Part shown: positions 1-10,822 of the stretch, piece by piece
How the letters are laid out: each line of letters opens with the position of its first letter
Position numbering within the stretch: position 1 is the stretch's first letter
NCBI GenBank assembly: GCA_903835385.1
Contig: CAILMQ010000013.1
Span: 2,687 to 66,686, forward strand
Length of the DNA stretch: 64,000 bases
Reading direction: 5' to 3'
Source of the DNA: an uncultured Candidatus Micrarchaeota archaeon
Lineage (GTDB): Archaea > Micrarchaeota > Micrarchaeia > Anstonellales > Bilamarchaeaceae
Notes under the pieces: generated by a model
What the model was told of the DNA's origin: nothing
Database searches by the model: none
Seen by the model: only the letters and a program-made list of their open reading frames with translations
Program-made: the position numbers and the translations under genes

Positions 1-1221
1 TGCCGCGTATTTGGGCAGCTTCCTCTTGAACCAGAGCAGCGAGATGACGTCCCCCACGGAGTAGTCCTTTTCTATTATTTCCGCGAGCGGCACGCCTCCG
101 TAGAGCACGTCGTCCCCCCGGTCGTCGGAAATTGAGCACATGAAGTTCGCGCTCCTGCGGACGGTGCCGGATTTCAGCGCTGCCGCATAGTCCTGAGGGA
201 CCTTCGGAAGCTCGGGCTCCTTTATCTCCTTGATTTTGCCCTCCTTCCTTAGCCTCTCGAACTCGCCCTTTATCGCGGCTCCCAGCCCCTCAAACGACCT
301 GGGCACGATTATTCCCGCATCACGCATGGCCTTGTTCTTGGCATCCGCGGTCTCCTTTTCCTTGCCGGATTTCGCGCCAGCATGGCCGAATTGGACCTCG
401 GTAGGGAAGACCTTGGAGCAGGTCCCTATGCACCATCCTATGAGCGGCTTGGTTATCTTTCCGGATTTTTTCGCTTCGGCAATCCCGTATTCGCTCTGGC
501 CCCCCAACTCGCCCAGCACCACCATCATCTTGATGTCGGGGTTCGCCTCGAACCTGAGAATATGGTCCAGCAGCTCGGAGCCCGGATATGCATCGCCGCC
601 TATGGCGATTCCCTCGTTCACGCCGTCGCTGTTCTGGGCTATGACATTGTACATCTCGTTGGACATTCCGCCTGACTTGGAGACCAGCCCCACGCTCCCG
701 GCCCGATAAAGCCTGCAGTTCGTGATGTTCTCTATTGTTCCGGCGGTGTTCCCTATCCTGAAGCACCCGGATTTTATGCCTCCGACCGTGGCGGGCCCGA
801 TTATCCACTTGCCCTTCTTTTTCGCCATGGCGATGAGCTCCCGCGTTTCGCGCTCGGGCATGCCTTCGGCGATTATGGCCACTGTGCGTATGGTCCTGCT
901 TTCCAAAGCCTCTTTTGAGGAGCCGTAGGCAGAGCGAAAAGAGGCGAAATTCACCATCACGTCCGCATCCGGAACCGCCTTTGAGGCGTCAGCCACCGTG
1001 GAAAACACCGGAATGAGCATTTCGTTCTTCCCGAAGAACGCCTTGTGCCAGCCCGAGCTTCCGGGATTTATTATTCCGGCAACGCTCGGCGTCTCCCTGC
1101 AGCAGAGGAAGTCGAAGTCCAGCATCCTCTGTATCGGCCCTGCCTTGAGGTTGTACACGAACGCCTTGGTTTTTTTTGTGAACAGTTCGTTGTTCGCAGT
1201 GTTTGCAGTTGTTTTTTTCAT
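1..1221 (-). CDS. aclA: ATP-citrate lyase large subunit (CoA-binding / succinyl-CoA-synthetase-alpha-like part); C-terminus lies beyond the window edge
   Basis: Manual minus-strand translation from ATG near 1221 gives MKKTTANTANNELF...GPIQRMLDFDFLCCRETPSVAGIINPG...IIGPATVGGIKSGCFRIGNTAG...VSKSGGMSNEMYN...QFGHAGA...LPKYAA. This is colinear with the ACLY/AclA CoA-binding and phospho-His region. No stop codon occurs before position 1, so the ORF track omits it. Confidence 0.8.
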   Translation of the reverse strand, partial: MKKTTANTANNELFTKKTKAFVYNLKAGPIQRMLDFDFLCCRETPSVAGIINPGSSGWHKAFFGKNEMLIPVFSTVADASKAVPDADVMVNFASFRSAYGSSKEALESRTIRTVAIIAEGMPERETRELIAMAKKKGKWIIGPATVGGIKSGCFRIGNTAGTIENITNCRLYRAGSVGLVSKSGGMSNEMYNVIAQNSDGVNEGIAIGGDAYPGSELLDHILRFEANPDIKMMVVLGELGGQSEYGIAEAKKSGKITKPLIGWCIGTCSKVFPTEVQFGHAGAKSGKEKETADAKNKAMRDAGIIVPRSFEGLGAAIKGEFERLRKEGKIKEIKEPELPKVPQDYAAALKSGTVRRSANFMCSISDDRGDDVLYGGVPLAEIIEKDYSVGDVISLLWFKRKLPKYAA

Positions 1222-2496
1222 ACCGTCACCCGCTTAATTTTTTTATTGCGAGCGGCACAACGTAGGTCATGCTCGTCTCAGGCCCGTACACCTCTATTGG
1301 CACTCCGAGCTCGCTGCCAAGCTCGCGCATGAGTTTGAGGCCGGTCTGGTAATTCGGGCCGCCCCTTCTCACGAAAATGCTTATGTTCGCCTTCTTCAGC
1401 TTCTCCTTATGCTCGCGCAATGCGCGTACGATGCCCTTGAACGTGTTCGCGACGTCCGTGAAGTTCGCGATTCCGCCTCCGATGATGAGCACCTTGCCCT
1501 TCGGGTCGTTGTGCCTGGTCGCCAGGTCCAGCACGGTCTTCGCGTACTGGTAGGTCTCCTCCTCGTTCGGGTCTCCGCTGTACTCGCCGTAGTTCGCAAG
1601 CTCTTTCATGTAGCCCAGGTCCACCACCGTGTCCGCGTAAATCACGGACGCCCCTCCGCCCGCGACCATGGTCCATATCCTGCCCTCGGGGTTCAGGATG
1701 GTCAGCTTCAGCGATGCGCCTGTCTTGGCGTCCAGCTCCTTGACGAACTTCTCCTCTGGGTACGGTTTCCTTCCGAACGGCTCCGGGAACTCTATCGGAC
1801 CCCATTTCGCATCGTCCTTGAAACCTGCGCAGTCGTCTATCTCCATGCGCAGGTCGAGGGGGACCGGATTTCCCTCCCCATCAAAGGTGAACGGGTTCAT
1901 TTCCAGCAGCGAGAGGTCGAGCCCGGCGAAGACGCCGTGGCATTTCGCAAAAAATTCCGCTGCCCTGGCTTTCCTTTCAACAGGAATCTTCCCATCCAGC
2001 GCCTTTTCTATCGCCTTCCTGTCCGCAGCCTCTCCGACTGGCACTGCCACCTTGACAACCTTGTCCCAGTTCGCCTCAACGTCCATGCCGCCTGCAGGCG
2101 AAAATAGCAGGACGTCGCTATCCCGTTCCGGCATGATGGAGAAATAATACTCCTCCTTGTGCGCGACGAACGGCTCTATGATGAAATGGGTGAGCGCGCC
2201 CTTGACGCCTGGCATCTCCACCTCGTGATTCATGTTCTTTTTTATGAACTCCTTCGCGTGGCTCCAGTCCGCGTCAAGCAGTACCAGGTTGCCCTTCCCC
2301 CTCTTGCCGAAGAGCATGTCGGGCTTCACGACCAGCTTTTTCTGCAAAAGCCACGGGTTCTCCTTTGCCAGGCTGTCCAAATCAGTTTCCGGCTTTGCCT
2401 GGCAGCACATTATCGGCAGCCCCATCTGCCTTGCAAGCAGCTTCTTTCCGTCGTGTTCGCGCACCTTCCGCCTTGCCACTCCATCACCATCCGCGT

Positions 2497-3732
<1,236 letters not shown>

Positions 3733-3910
3733 CTGCCTCTCGCTTTGCGCATTAGGAATTGGGGAAGGTTCGCCAAAAGCCTTTATAAAGAATCGCCTGG
3801 CAGCGCGAAAAATTCGGCGATGGACGGAGATGCGGGTTCCGGCGAGGTCCTGGTGGCGGTTGCGGAAAACCTCTTATATATCGCCTTCGTTTCTTTTCCC
3901 GGTGACATGA

Positions 3911-4372
3911 ATGGTTGAATGCTGCCCGGAATTCAAGCCCGAGTCATTGGACAGGAAAACGCTGGAATACTCCGACAAGCTTTTTCTCAAGGAGCACTCC
4001 CTGGCGCTGTTCCACATCCCGCTCACCATAAACTCCGCCATGGCGCGCGCGATGAAGATGATAACCGGCGCAGGCGCAATCGTGCCGGACGGGGTCATGC
4101 TCTTCCATGAGAAATCCATGTGGGGCACGGACATCTACATAGAGGTGAAAAAGGACGTTCCGGGTGCCAGGATGGAGCGCATAAGCGGGACCTTCATGAC
4201 AAAGGTCTACGAGGGGGATTACAAGCAGATGATGGGATGGATGAAGGACATGCAGGCATATGTCACAAGCAAGGGCAGGACAATGAAGGACTTGTACGCG
4301 AACTACCGCTACTGCCCGGCGTGCGCGAAGAAGTTCGGGAAGAACTACGTCGTGCTGTTCGCGAAGGTGTGA
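3911..4372 (+). CDS. hypothetical protein with C-terminal CPAC zinc-ribbon-like motif
   Basis: 153-aa ORF in an intergenic-sized gap. No recognisable family. Confidence 0.45.
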   Translation: MVECCPEFKPESLDRKTLEYSDKLFLKEHSLALFHIPLTINSAMARAMKMITGAGAIVPDGVMLFHEKSMWGTDIYIEVKKDVPGARMERISGTFMTKVYEGDYKQMMGWMKDMQAYVTSKGRTMKDLYANYRYCPACAKKFGKNYVVLFAKV

Positions 4373-4518
4373 AGTGTAAACGCGGAAATCGCTCGATAGC
4401 CCTGTTTTTTAATTATCCGTGGCGAATGGATATCGGATGATCCAAGGCCCCGATGAGCAGATTAATATTACCCAAGCTGGTGAGGGGCTGCGGGGACTGG
4501 TATCTCCAGACGCCAAAA

Positions 4519-4884
4519 TTATCGTTTTTTATACCCGAACATCTTATCGTATGTCTGATGATCCACGAGGTAGAGGATGAACGCAACTATCTCGATTTGG
4601 TTGCCGTCCAGGGTATAAATCATTCTCCAATACCCGGTCAATTCGACGCGGAACAGATTCGAGACCCCGAGATTTTTCGGAATCAGATTATGCGGGACTT
4701 TATCTCCATAAGTAGGATTAATCTTCAGAAGTTCTGATTTCTGCTTAATAGATTTCAAGAGTTGCATCTCTTCCGAGTTGGTCATGCCCTTTGCCTGTTG
4801 CTCCCCGACAAGCCGGTTCAACTCTTCGAATTGGCCTTTTGCCTGGTCCAGCAGGATGACCTTGACCGGACGCTTGTCGCTCAT
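4519..4884 (-). CDS. putative RelE/ParE-like toxin of a type II toxin-antitoxin pair
   Basis: 121 aa. The C-terminal LFRVELTGYWRMIYTLDGNQIEIVAFILYLVDHQTYDKMFGY resembles the RelE/ParE core. Overlaps the upstream small gene by 4 nt (ATGA). The locus is AT-rich relative to the rest of the window. Confidence 0.45.
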   Translation of the reverse strand: MSDKRPVKVILLDQAKGQFEELNRLVGEQQAKGMTNSEEMQLLKSIKQKSELLKINPTYGDKVPHNLIPKNLGVSNLFRVELTGYWRMIYTLDGNQIEIVAFILYLVDHQTYDKMFGYKKR

Positions 4885-5150
4885 ATCTCCAATCCTCTTT
4901 GTTTAATCCGGTCCAGTTCAGCCGGTGGCCGATAAATCCAAACCACTCCTTTGGTGGTGATAAGGATTTTGCCGCTCTCTTGAAGGTAATCCAAAATCTG
5001 AATAAGCGTGGAGTGCATCACTTGTTTTGGTAACCTGCGTTTCAACTCCGAGATCTTGATTATTTCTCTGGCTTCCTGTAGCACTTGCTCGACCATTATC
5101 ACGGTATTCAGCGTAGGGGAATGCATCAATTGGACTTGTACTCCTTTCAT
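4881..5150 (-). CDS. putative antitoxin / winged-helix DNA-binding protein
   Basis: 89-aa ORF immediately upstream of the toxin-like gene and translationally coupled to it. Contains a wHTH-like segment, KISELKRRLPKQVMHSTLIQILDYLQESGKIL. Confidence 0.4.
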   Translation of the reverse strand: MKGVQVQLMHSPTLNTVIMVEQVLQEAREIIKISELKRRLPKQVMHSTLIQILDYLQESGKILITTKGVVWIYRPPAELDRIKQRGLEI

Positions 5151-5152
5151 GA

Positions 5153-5187
5153 ATATATTTATACTATAAAAGTATATAAATATACCT
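5153..5187 (-). promoter_or_regulatory. AT-rich inverted repeat (TATATTTATAC-TATAAAA-GTATAAATATA), candidate operator/TATA region of the toxin-antitoxin pair
   Basis: Near-perfect palindrome within a few nt upstream of the antitoxin start. Confidence 0.4.
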
Positions 5188-5297
5188 ATTTTGTATGAAT
5201 GTGCTCACTTTTTGCTCAGTTCCGGATATTCTTCGGGTATGTCCCGGAAGCCTCTTTCGAAGCGCCGTAGATACCGTAGCTGCGGGATGCGTATTCT

Positions 5298-7292
5298 TCA
5301 TTTCGCATGCTTCTTCGTGTAAGGTATCAGCCCGCCTTCAAGCAGGATTTCAATCGCCCTTGGAGTCAGTTCGCATTTCGCCTTTATCTCCGCTCCCTTG
5401 GCCTTCAGGGTCACTTCTTTTCCCGCCTTGAGCTCCTCCCTGAGATTCGGCATCTCCACCATGTCGCCCTGGCTTATCTTTTCGTAGTCAGCCGGGTTCG
5501 CGAACGTGAGCGGGACAATCCCCCAGTTCATGAGATTGTCCTTGTGGATTCTCGCCCAGCTCTTGGCAATCACCGCGCGGACGCCCAGGTAAAGCGGCGC
5601 GATGGCAGCGTGCTCCCTGCTGGAGCCCTGGCCGTAATTCTCGCCTCCGACAACTATGCCTCCGCCCTTTTCCTTGGCGCGCTTGGGGAACGTGGGGTCC
5701 AGCTTTGAGAACACGAACTCTGAAATCGCCGGCACGTTGGAGCGCAAAGGAAGGATCTTCGCTCCTGCGGGCATTATGTGGTCGGTCGTCACGTTGTCCC
5801 CGACCTTGAGCAGCACTTCCTTGGAAAGCGACGCCTCCAGCGGCTTCAGCTCAGGAAGCGGCCTTATGTTCGGCCCGCGGATGATTTCCACCGGCTCCGG
5901 GCTGTCCGGGTCCGGTGGCTGTATTATCATGGAATCGTCCACTTCGGTCTTCGCGTTCCTTATCTTCGGAAACCATGTCGCCTTTGGCGACAAGTTCCCC
6001 GGCTCCTTCGGAGCCGAGGATTCTCCGAGCTTCCTCGGGTCAGTGAACACCCCGCTCAGCGCGATTGCAGCCGCGGTCTCAGGGGAAACAAGGTATGCCT
6101 TGGCATCCGCGGTCCCGCACCTGCCCTCGAAGTTCCTGTTGAACGTTCGCACGGTAACCGCTCCGGAGCGCGGAGCGAGTCCCATGCCTATGCAGGGGCC
6201 GCATGCGGATTCCAGAATCCTTGCGCCGGATGCGATGAGGTCCGCCAAAGCGCCGTTCTTGGCTATCATCTCGTACACCTGCCTTGAGCCCGGCAGGATT
6301 GCGAACGAGACCTCGGGATGCACTGTCTTTCCCTTGACTATCGCGGCTGCAATCATCAGGTCCCGATAAGACGAGTTCGTGCAGCTTCCGATTATGACCT
6401 GGTTGACCTTCTGCCCTTCCAGTTCCGACACCTTGCCCACATTGCCCGGGCTGTGGGGCTTTGCCACCATGGGCTCGATGGTAGAAAGGTCTATTTCTAT
6501 TCTTTCTTTGTAATCGGAGAACGAATCCGGCGAGAGCTCCGCCCATTGGTCCGCCCTTCCCTCGCTCTCCAGATACTTCTTCGTGACGTTGTCGGACGGG
6601 AATATGGACGTGGTGGCGCCCAGCTCCGCGCCCATGTTGGTTATTGTCGCGCGCTCAGGAACTGAGAGTGTCCTCACGCCCGGCCCGAAATACTCGAACA
6701 CCTTGCCCACTCCGCCCTTGACATCCAGCCTTTTCAAGAGCTCCAGTATCACGTCCTTTGCAGACACCCATGGCTGCAGCTCTCCGGTGAGCTTCACGCC
6801 CACGATTTTCGGCATGTTCAGGTAGAACCTGCCTCCGCCCATGGCGAGCGCCACGTCCAGGCCTCCTGCGCCGATGGCCAGCGAGCCCGCGCCTCCTGCG
6901 GTCGGCGTATGGGAATCCGAGCCGAGCAGGGTTTTGCCCGGCCTTGCGAACCTTTCAAGATGGACCTGGTGGCATATGCCGTTTCCAGGCCTTGAGAAAA
7001 GTATTCCGTATTTGGCTGCCACGCTCCTCAGGTAGTCATGGTCGTCGGCATTCATGAAATCCGTCTGGAGCGTGTTGTGGTCAACATAGCTCACGGACAG
7101 CTCGGTTTTGACGCGCGGAAGGCCCAGCGCCTCCCATTCCAGGTATGCCATTGTGCCGGTGGCGTCCTGGGTGAGCGTCTGGTCCATCCTTATCGCGATT
7201 TCGCTTCCGGCTGCCGGAAGCTTGCCGTCCACGCCGCCCTCTGCCAGATGCGCCGATAAAATCTTCTCCGTGATGGTTGCCATGAGATACAC
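5298..7292 (-). CDS. acn: aconitate hydratase (aconitase, AcnA/mitochondrial-type, 664 aa)
   Basis: Contains the aconitase family Fe-S ligand and substrate motifs (GSCTNSS, ACGPC, SRQV..., R...SSR). Confidence 0.9.
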   Translation of the reverse strand: MYLMATITEKILSAHLAEGGVDGKLPAAGSEIAIRMDQTLTQDATGTMAYLEWEALGLPRVKTELSVSYVDHNTLQTDFMNADDHDYLRSVAAKYGILFSRPGNGICHQVHLERFARPGKTLLGSDSHTPTAGGAGSLAIGAGGLDVALAMGGGRFYLNMPKIVGVKLTGELQPWVSAKDVILELLKRLDVKGGVGKVFEYFGPGVRTLSVPERATITNMGAELGATTSIFPSDNVTKKYLESEGRADQWAELSPDSFSDYKERIEIDLSTIEPMVAKPHSPGNVGKVSELEGQKVNQVIIGSCTNSSYRDLMIAAAIVKGKTVHPEVSFAILPGSRQVYEMIAKNGALADLIASGARILESACGPCIGMGLAPRSGAVTVRTFNRNFEGRCGTADAKAYLVSPETAAAIALSGVFTDPRKLGESSAPKEPGNLSPKATWFPKIRNAKTEVDDSMIIQPPDPDSPEPVEIIRGPNIRPLPELKPLEASLSKEVLLKVGDNVTTDHIMPAGAKILPLRSNVPAISEFVFSKLDPTFPKRAKEKGGGIVVGGENYGQGSSREHAAIAPLYLGVRAVIAKSWARIHKDNLMNWGIVPLTFANPADYEKISQGDMVEMPNLREELKAGKEVTLKAKGAEIKAKCELTPRAIEILLEGGLIPYTKKHAK

Positions 7293-7442
7293 CCTCTATT
7301 TTTCCTCCTGATGACAAGAAATTTTAGCACTTAATCAGCGCGAGCATTTATAACCGTTTTCAGTTTCCGGTTCCGGGTTTCGGCAAAAAGCGAAAAAGCG
7401 ATTCGCAATATCATTTATATTCATAGCCGCAGAATACACCAT

Positions 7443-8510
7443 ATGCAGAAGTTCTTTGACGACACGCCGTCCGGTTCCTCCATAATAGCGCGCGAGGACG
7501 TGCTGCTTCCGCTTTACCAGCCCGACGAGCTCCGCTACCGCGGCAACGAGCTGCAGGTCATGGCCGACGCGGTGAAGCCGCTACTGCGCAAGCGCGAATG
7601 CATGAATCTTCTCATCCACGGCAAATCCGGCACGGGAAAAACCTCCTGCGCAAAGGCCATAATGAAGCAGCTTTCCGAGCATTCGCCGGTTGTGCTGCCT
7701 GTTTATGCAAACTGCTGGGAAAGCCCGACTCGGGCAGCGGTCTTCGGAAGGATAATAGAGGCAATGCAGCTTCCGGTCCCGAGACGGGGGCTTGCCGCGG
7801 ACGAGCTGTTCGACCGCGTGCTGCAATACGTGAAGAACTATTCGCGCCCGGTCCTGCTTGTCCTGGACGAGCTGGACGGCCTGGAAGAGCAGGAGCTCCT
7901 GTATTCGGTTGCGCGCGCGAACGAGAGGCCGGGCATCCTGTTCGGCATAACGGGCATAACGAACAATCCCGCATTCCTCGCCAAGCTCGACCCGCGTGTG
8001 CGGAGCTCGCTCCGCTTCTCCGAACTCCGGTTCTCCGAATACAGCGAGGAGCAGCTTTTCTGGATACTCAAGGACCGGGCTACCGCGGGCCTGGCTCCGG
8101 GCACCTGGGATGAAAAACTGCTCACGAAAATCGCAAGAGGCGTGGACGACGGCTCTGCGCGCATCGCGCTCGAAAAGCTGTGGAAGGCCGCGCGGCATGC
8201 CGAAGACCTTGCCAGGCCGAAAATCACGCTGCAGGATTTGGCGGATTCTGAAGCTGAAAACGAAGCCGCGGTCAGGCCCGGAGTTGCGCTCAGCGAAACC
8301 GAATCCAAAATAGTCGAGCATCTGCGCAACGGAAGCAGGACCACGGACGAGCTCTACGACCTGCTCAAATCCGGCAAGACAAAAAGGATGTTCATGAATT
8401 ACCTGGCCAGGCTGGAGGAGAAAAAGATAATCCAGATGGACGCGCAGCCGGAAACCGAAGCCAGCGGCAGGTTCGGGCCCAAGCTCTGCCGCCTATGCCC
8501 GAAGCTTTGA
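7443..8510 (+). CDS. orc1: Orc1/Cdc6 replication initiator
   Basis: Walker A (HGKSGTGKTSCAK), Walker B (LVLDELD) and a C-terminal winged helix. Typical archaeal Orc1/Cdc6 organisation. Confidence 0.9.
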   Translation: MQKFFDDTPSGSSIIAREDVLLPLYQPDELRYRGNELQVMADAVKPLLRKRECMNLLIHGKSGTGKTSCAKAIMKQLSEHSPVVLPVYANCWESPTRAAVFGRIIEAMQLPVPRRGLAADELFDRVLQYVKNYSRPVLLVLDELDGLEEQELLYSVARANERPGILFGITGITNNPAFLAKLDPRVRSSLRFSELRFSEYSEEQLFWILKDRATAGLAPGTWDEKLLTKIARGVDDGSARIALEKLWKAARHAEDLARPKITLQDLADSEAENEAAVRPGVALSETESKIVEHLRNGSRTTDELYDLLKSGKTKRMFMNYLARLEEKKIIQMDAQPETEASGRFGPKLCRLCPKL

Positions 8511-8873
8511 CTTTTTCGGCTTTGTTTTTGGCGTGGCCCGCGCAGCCGGTTTTTTCCGGTCTGATTTTTTCGAGCCTGTTTTTTTCGAATACTTAAGCAG
8601 CACCTTCTTGAGCTCTTCCACGTCCGGAACCTCGCCGTCGTAAATGACTTTTCCGTCTATGACGAGCCCGGGCATCCTGTGGATGTCATAGGCGGCCATT
8701 TCCCGGATTCCCGCGGCAACGCCTATGCTCACCCTGATGCCCAGCTCCCTTACCGCCTGGGCCAGCGTGTTCTCCATCTGGCGCGTCTCGGTGCCAAATC
8801 CGCCCACTATCACTATGTTCATGGATTGGTATTCGGGCTGCTCAGCAATAAAAAACTTTGCGAACGGAACCAT
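8493..8873 (-). CDS. thioredoxin-fold protein (Thioredoxin_3-like) lacking the CXXC pair, with a Lys-rich C-terminal tail
   Basis: MNIVIVGGFGTETRQMEN...LVIDGKVIYDGEVPDVEELKKVL parallels MTH895-type small redox proteins. The two Cys positions read G and T. The tail overlaps the orc1 3' end. Confidence 0.4.
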   Translation of the reverse strand: MVPFAKFFIAEQPEYQSMNIVIVGGFGTETRQMENTLAQAVRELGIRVSIGVAAGIREMAAYDIHRMPGLVIDGKVIYDGEVPDVEELKKVLLKYSKKTGSKKSDRKKPAARATPKTKPKKSKLRA

Positions 8874-8876
8874 TGC

Positions 8877-9584
8877 ATGGCAGAGATGAAACCTTACAGG
8901 ATAGCGGTATTCGCGCTCATCGCAATATTCCTCGTGGCGATCGCGCCCGTATTCGAGAACAACATCTCGTTCCTGCTGAACCCGATGGCGCTCTACGCGC
9001 TCGCGTCCGGCCAGTGGGCCGTGGTCGCCATATGGATATGCGTCTTCTCCGCGTTCTCGCTTTTTCTCGTGTTCCCCAGGAAGCGGGGCGAGTTCAGGAA
9101 ATACAAGGGCGCATACGTGGCGTACATAATCGCGCTTTTCACGGAGATGTTCGGCTTCCCGCTCACGCTTTATCTCCTCTCGGGCTTCCTTCCCGCGTCA
9201 TCGTCCCCGGTGCCGGTGCCCTACAAGGTTTTCTCCTTCACGTTCCTCGGCGTGGGCTACGACCTGCTGCTCACCTCGCTCATAGCCGGCATGGTCTCCA
9301 TAGTCGCGGGCGCAATCATCATCCTCGGATGGAAGAAGATATACAACAACGCGTCGCTCGTCACCGACGGGATATACAAATACTCGCGCCATCCGCAGTA
9401 TCTGGGCATGTCTATGGTAATCGTGGCATGGATGTTCGCATGGCCCACGATTCCGACCACGCTCATGGGCGCGGTCCTCGTAGGCGTCTATTACCGGCTC
9501 GCGCGCACCGAGGAAAAGGAGCTTGAGAAGGAGTTCGGCAAGGCATACGCGGAATACAAGGAGCGCACGCCGTTCTATCTGTGA
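8877..9584 (+). CDS. isoprenylcysteine carboxyl methyltransferase (ICMT/PEMT) family membrane protein
   Basis: Multi-TM protein with the C-terminal GIYKYSRHPQYLG...RTEEKELEKEFG..Y motif. Start chosen at MAEMKPY. The ORF-track extension to 8679 overlaps the previous gene. Confidence 0.75.
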   Translation: MAEMKPYRIAVFALIAIFLVAIAPVFENNISFLLNPMALYALASGQWAVVAIWICVFSAFSLFLVFPRKRGEFRKYKGAYVAYIIALFTEMFGFPLTLYLLSGFLPASSSPVPVPYKVFSFTFLGVGYDLLLTSLIAGMVSIVAGAIIILGWKKIYNNASLVTDGIYKYSRHPQYLGMSMVIVAWMFAWPTIPTTLMGAVLVGVYYRLARTEEKELEKEFGKAYAEYKERTPFYL

Positions 9585-9614
9585 GCGTATCCTTGTTTCA
9601 ATTTCATTCCTTTT

Positions 9615-10082
9615 TCAGTATGGTTTCCCGCCCATTTTTTTCCATGTCTTGAGCAGCTCGAGGTTCTCCTTCCGCATCACGCCGCCAATCACCTTGACAT
9701 GCAATTTTCCCTCGCGCCTGAGCCTTCTGTCGCTGAGGGGGATTTCAGAGAATCCGATTTTCTTCACGTCGCCTATTCTGGTTCCGAAGACTATCTCCCC
9801 TATCTTCGCCCAGTGTATGGCTGAGAAGCACATGGGGCACGGTTCGGTCGTCGAATATATGGTGCAGCCCGAGAGGTCGATGGTTTTCAGTTTCCTGCAT
9901 GAGAGCCTTATCGCATTTATTTCGGCATGGGCGGTGGAGTCGCAGTCGCCGCGTACGGTGTTGTGCGCCACCGCGACGAGCCTGTTGCCTTTGGCTATGC
10001 ACGCCCCGAATGGCGAGTTCTTTTTCCGGATGCCGGCCAGCGCCTTGCCAATCGCCAGCCTCATGAACCTCTTTTCGACCAT
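9615..10082 (-). CDS. CMP/dCMP-type nucleoside deaminase (TadA-like tRNA adenosine deaminase family)
   Basis: HAEINAI ... TEPCPMC zinc-binding deaminase signature. 155 aa. Confidence 0.8.
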   Translation of the reverse strand: MVEKRFMRLAIGKALAGIRKKNSPFGACIAKGNRLVAVAHNTVRGDCDSTAHAEINAIRLSCRKLKTIDLSGCTIYSTTEPCPMCFSAIHWAKIGEIVFGTRIGDVKKIGFSEIPLSDRRLRREGKLHVKVIGGVMRKENLELLKTWKKMGGKPY

Positions 10083-10167
10083 GGCTTGGGCTACCCAGTG
10101 AGCGCTTAAAAACCTTCATTGATGCAGAGGCGCTGGCCACGCTTGGAAAGAATTAGCTCATGGCGTT

Positions 10168-10788
10168 TCAGAGCCTTATCGCGTAGCTCACGCGGTAGAT
10201 GTTCTTCCCCTCTTTCCTTCCGAAGAGCTTCCTCGACCTGGCTGGCTTGAAGCCCAGGTCGTGGAGGACCGTGGAGACCGCCCTGGAGCTGCCCACGTAA
10301 AGGTCCAGCCCGCCGTGCATTTCCTCTATCTTGGAGACGAACGTCTTTTTCGCGAGCAGATTGCCCAGCCTCTCCGCCTCGGCCTCCACGCGGCCCATGT
10401 CCCCGCGCAGCTGTATTATGGCCTCGAAATAGCCGCCCGAAGACCTGCAGCAGTCCGGGCACATGGTGACCTGTTTCTCCAGGTCCACCTGGCGCTGCAG
10501 CGTGGCCCTTTTTCCGGCCTTCTCGAACGTGAAGGTGCAGGCGCCCGTGTCTATGTCGCAGTCGGCTCCGGTGAAATCCCCCTTGCATTTGCCGGCAACG
10601 TACTCGCTTATCTTCCTGCGGTTGAGCTGCTGCCATTCGCCCTGGAGGTTCATCCTGTTGCAGCGCTTGCACAGCACGACTTTGAGGCCCTTGGGCAGCC
10701 GGATGTTGAATTCGTAGCAGTCTATGCAGAAGGCCTCCACGAACTCCTTTTCTTCTGAGGTCCTGCCGCATCTTGGGCATATGAGCAT
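10168..10788 (-). CDS. NMD3-like zinc-ribbon protein (N-terminal domain only)
   Basis: MLICPRCG...CIDCY...CKRCNR...CPDC pattern of four CxxC pairs typical of the NMD3 N-domain. Shorter than the canonical archaeal NMD3. Confidence 0.5.
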   Translation of the reverse strand: MLICPRCGRTSEEKEFVEAFCIDCYEFNIRLPKGLKVVLCKRCNRMNLQGEWQQLNRRKISEYVAGKCKGDFTGADCDIDTGACTFTFEKAGKRATLQRQVDLEKQVTMCPDCCRSSGGYFEAIIQLRGDMGRVEAEAERLGNLLAKKTFVSKIEEMHGGLDLYVGSSRAVSTVLHDLGFKPARSRKLFGRKEGKNIYRVSYAIRL

Positions 10789-10822
10789 GGTTTAAATATG
10801 GCATTCCCGATATAAAAACCAT

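Noticed and set aside
320-808. Arg-rich 162-aa minus-strand ORF, plus other overlapping track ORFs in 230-1332
   Set aside because: Lies in an alternative frame of the real minus-strand aclA coding region. The Arg/Gly/Pro-rich composition is typical of high-GC out-of-frame ORFs.
5195-5431. 78-aa plus-strand ORF between the TA module and aconitase (and similar small ORFs such as 4453..4737 and 9198..9392)
   Set aside because: They overlap the 3' ends or promoter regions of well-supported genes on the other strand and have no distinctive features.
7293-7442. Replication origin upstream of orc1
   Set aside because: No ORB or mini-ORB dyads or a convincing AT-rich unwinding element are recognisable in the 150-bp spacer. 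Not annotated as oriC.
8679-8876. Upstream extension of the ICMT-family ORF, and the similar extensions 16016-16240 (idsA), 35256-35339 (glnA), 59592-59638 (sigma homolog 1), 30046-31899 (N-term of AlbA_2 ORF)
   Set aside because: Extensions overlap neighbouring genes or conserved promoter blocks. Family alignments place the start at the downstream Met.
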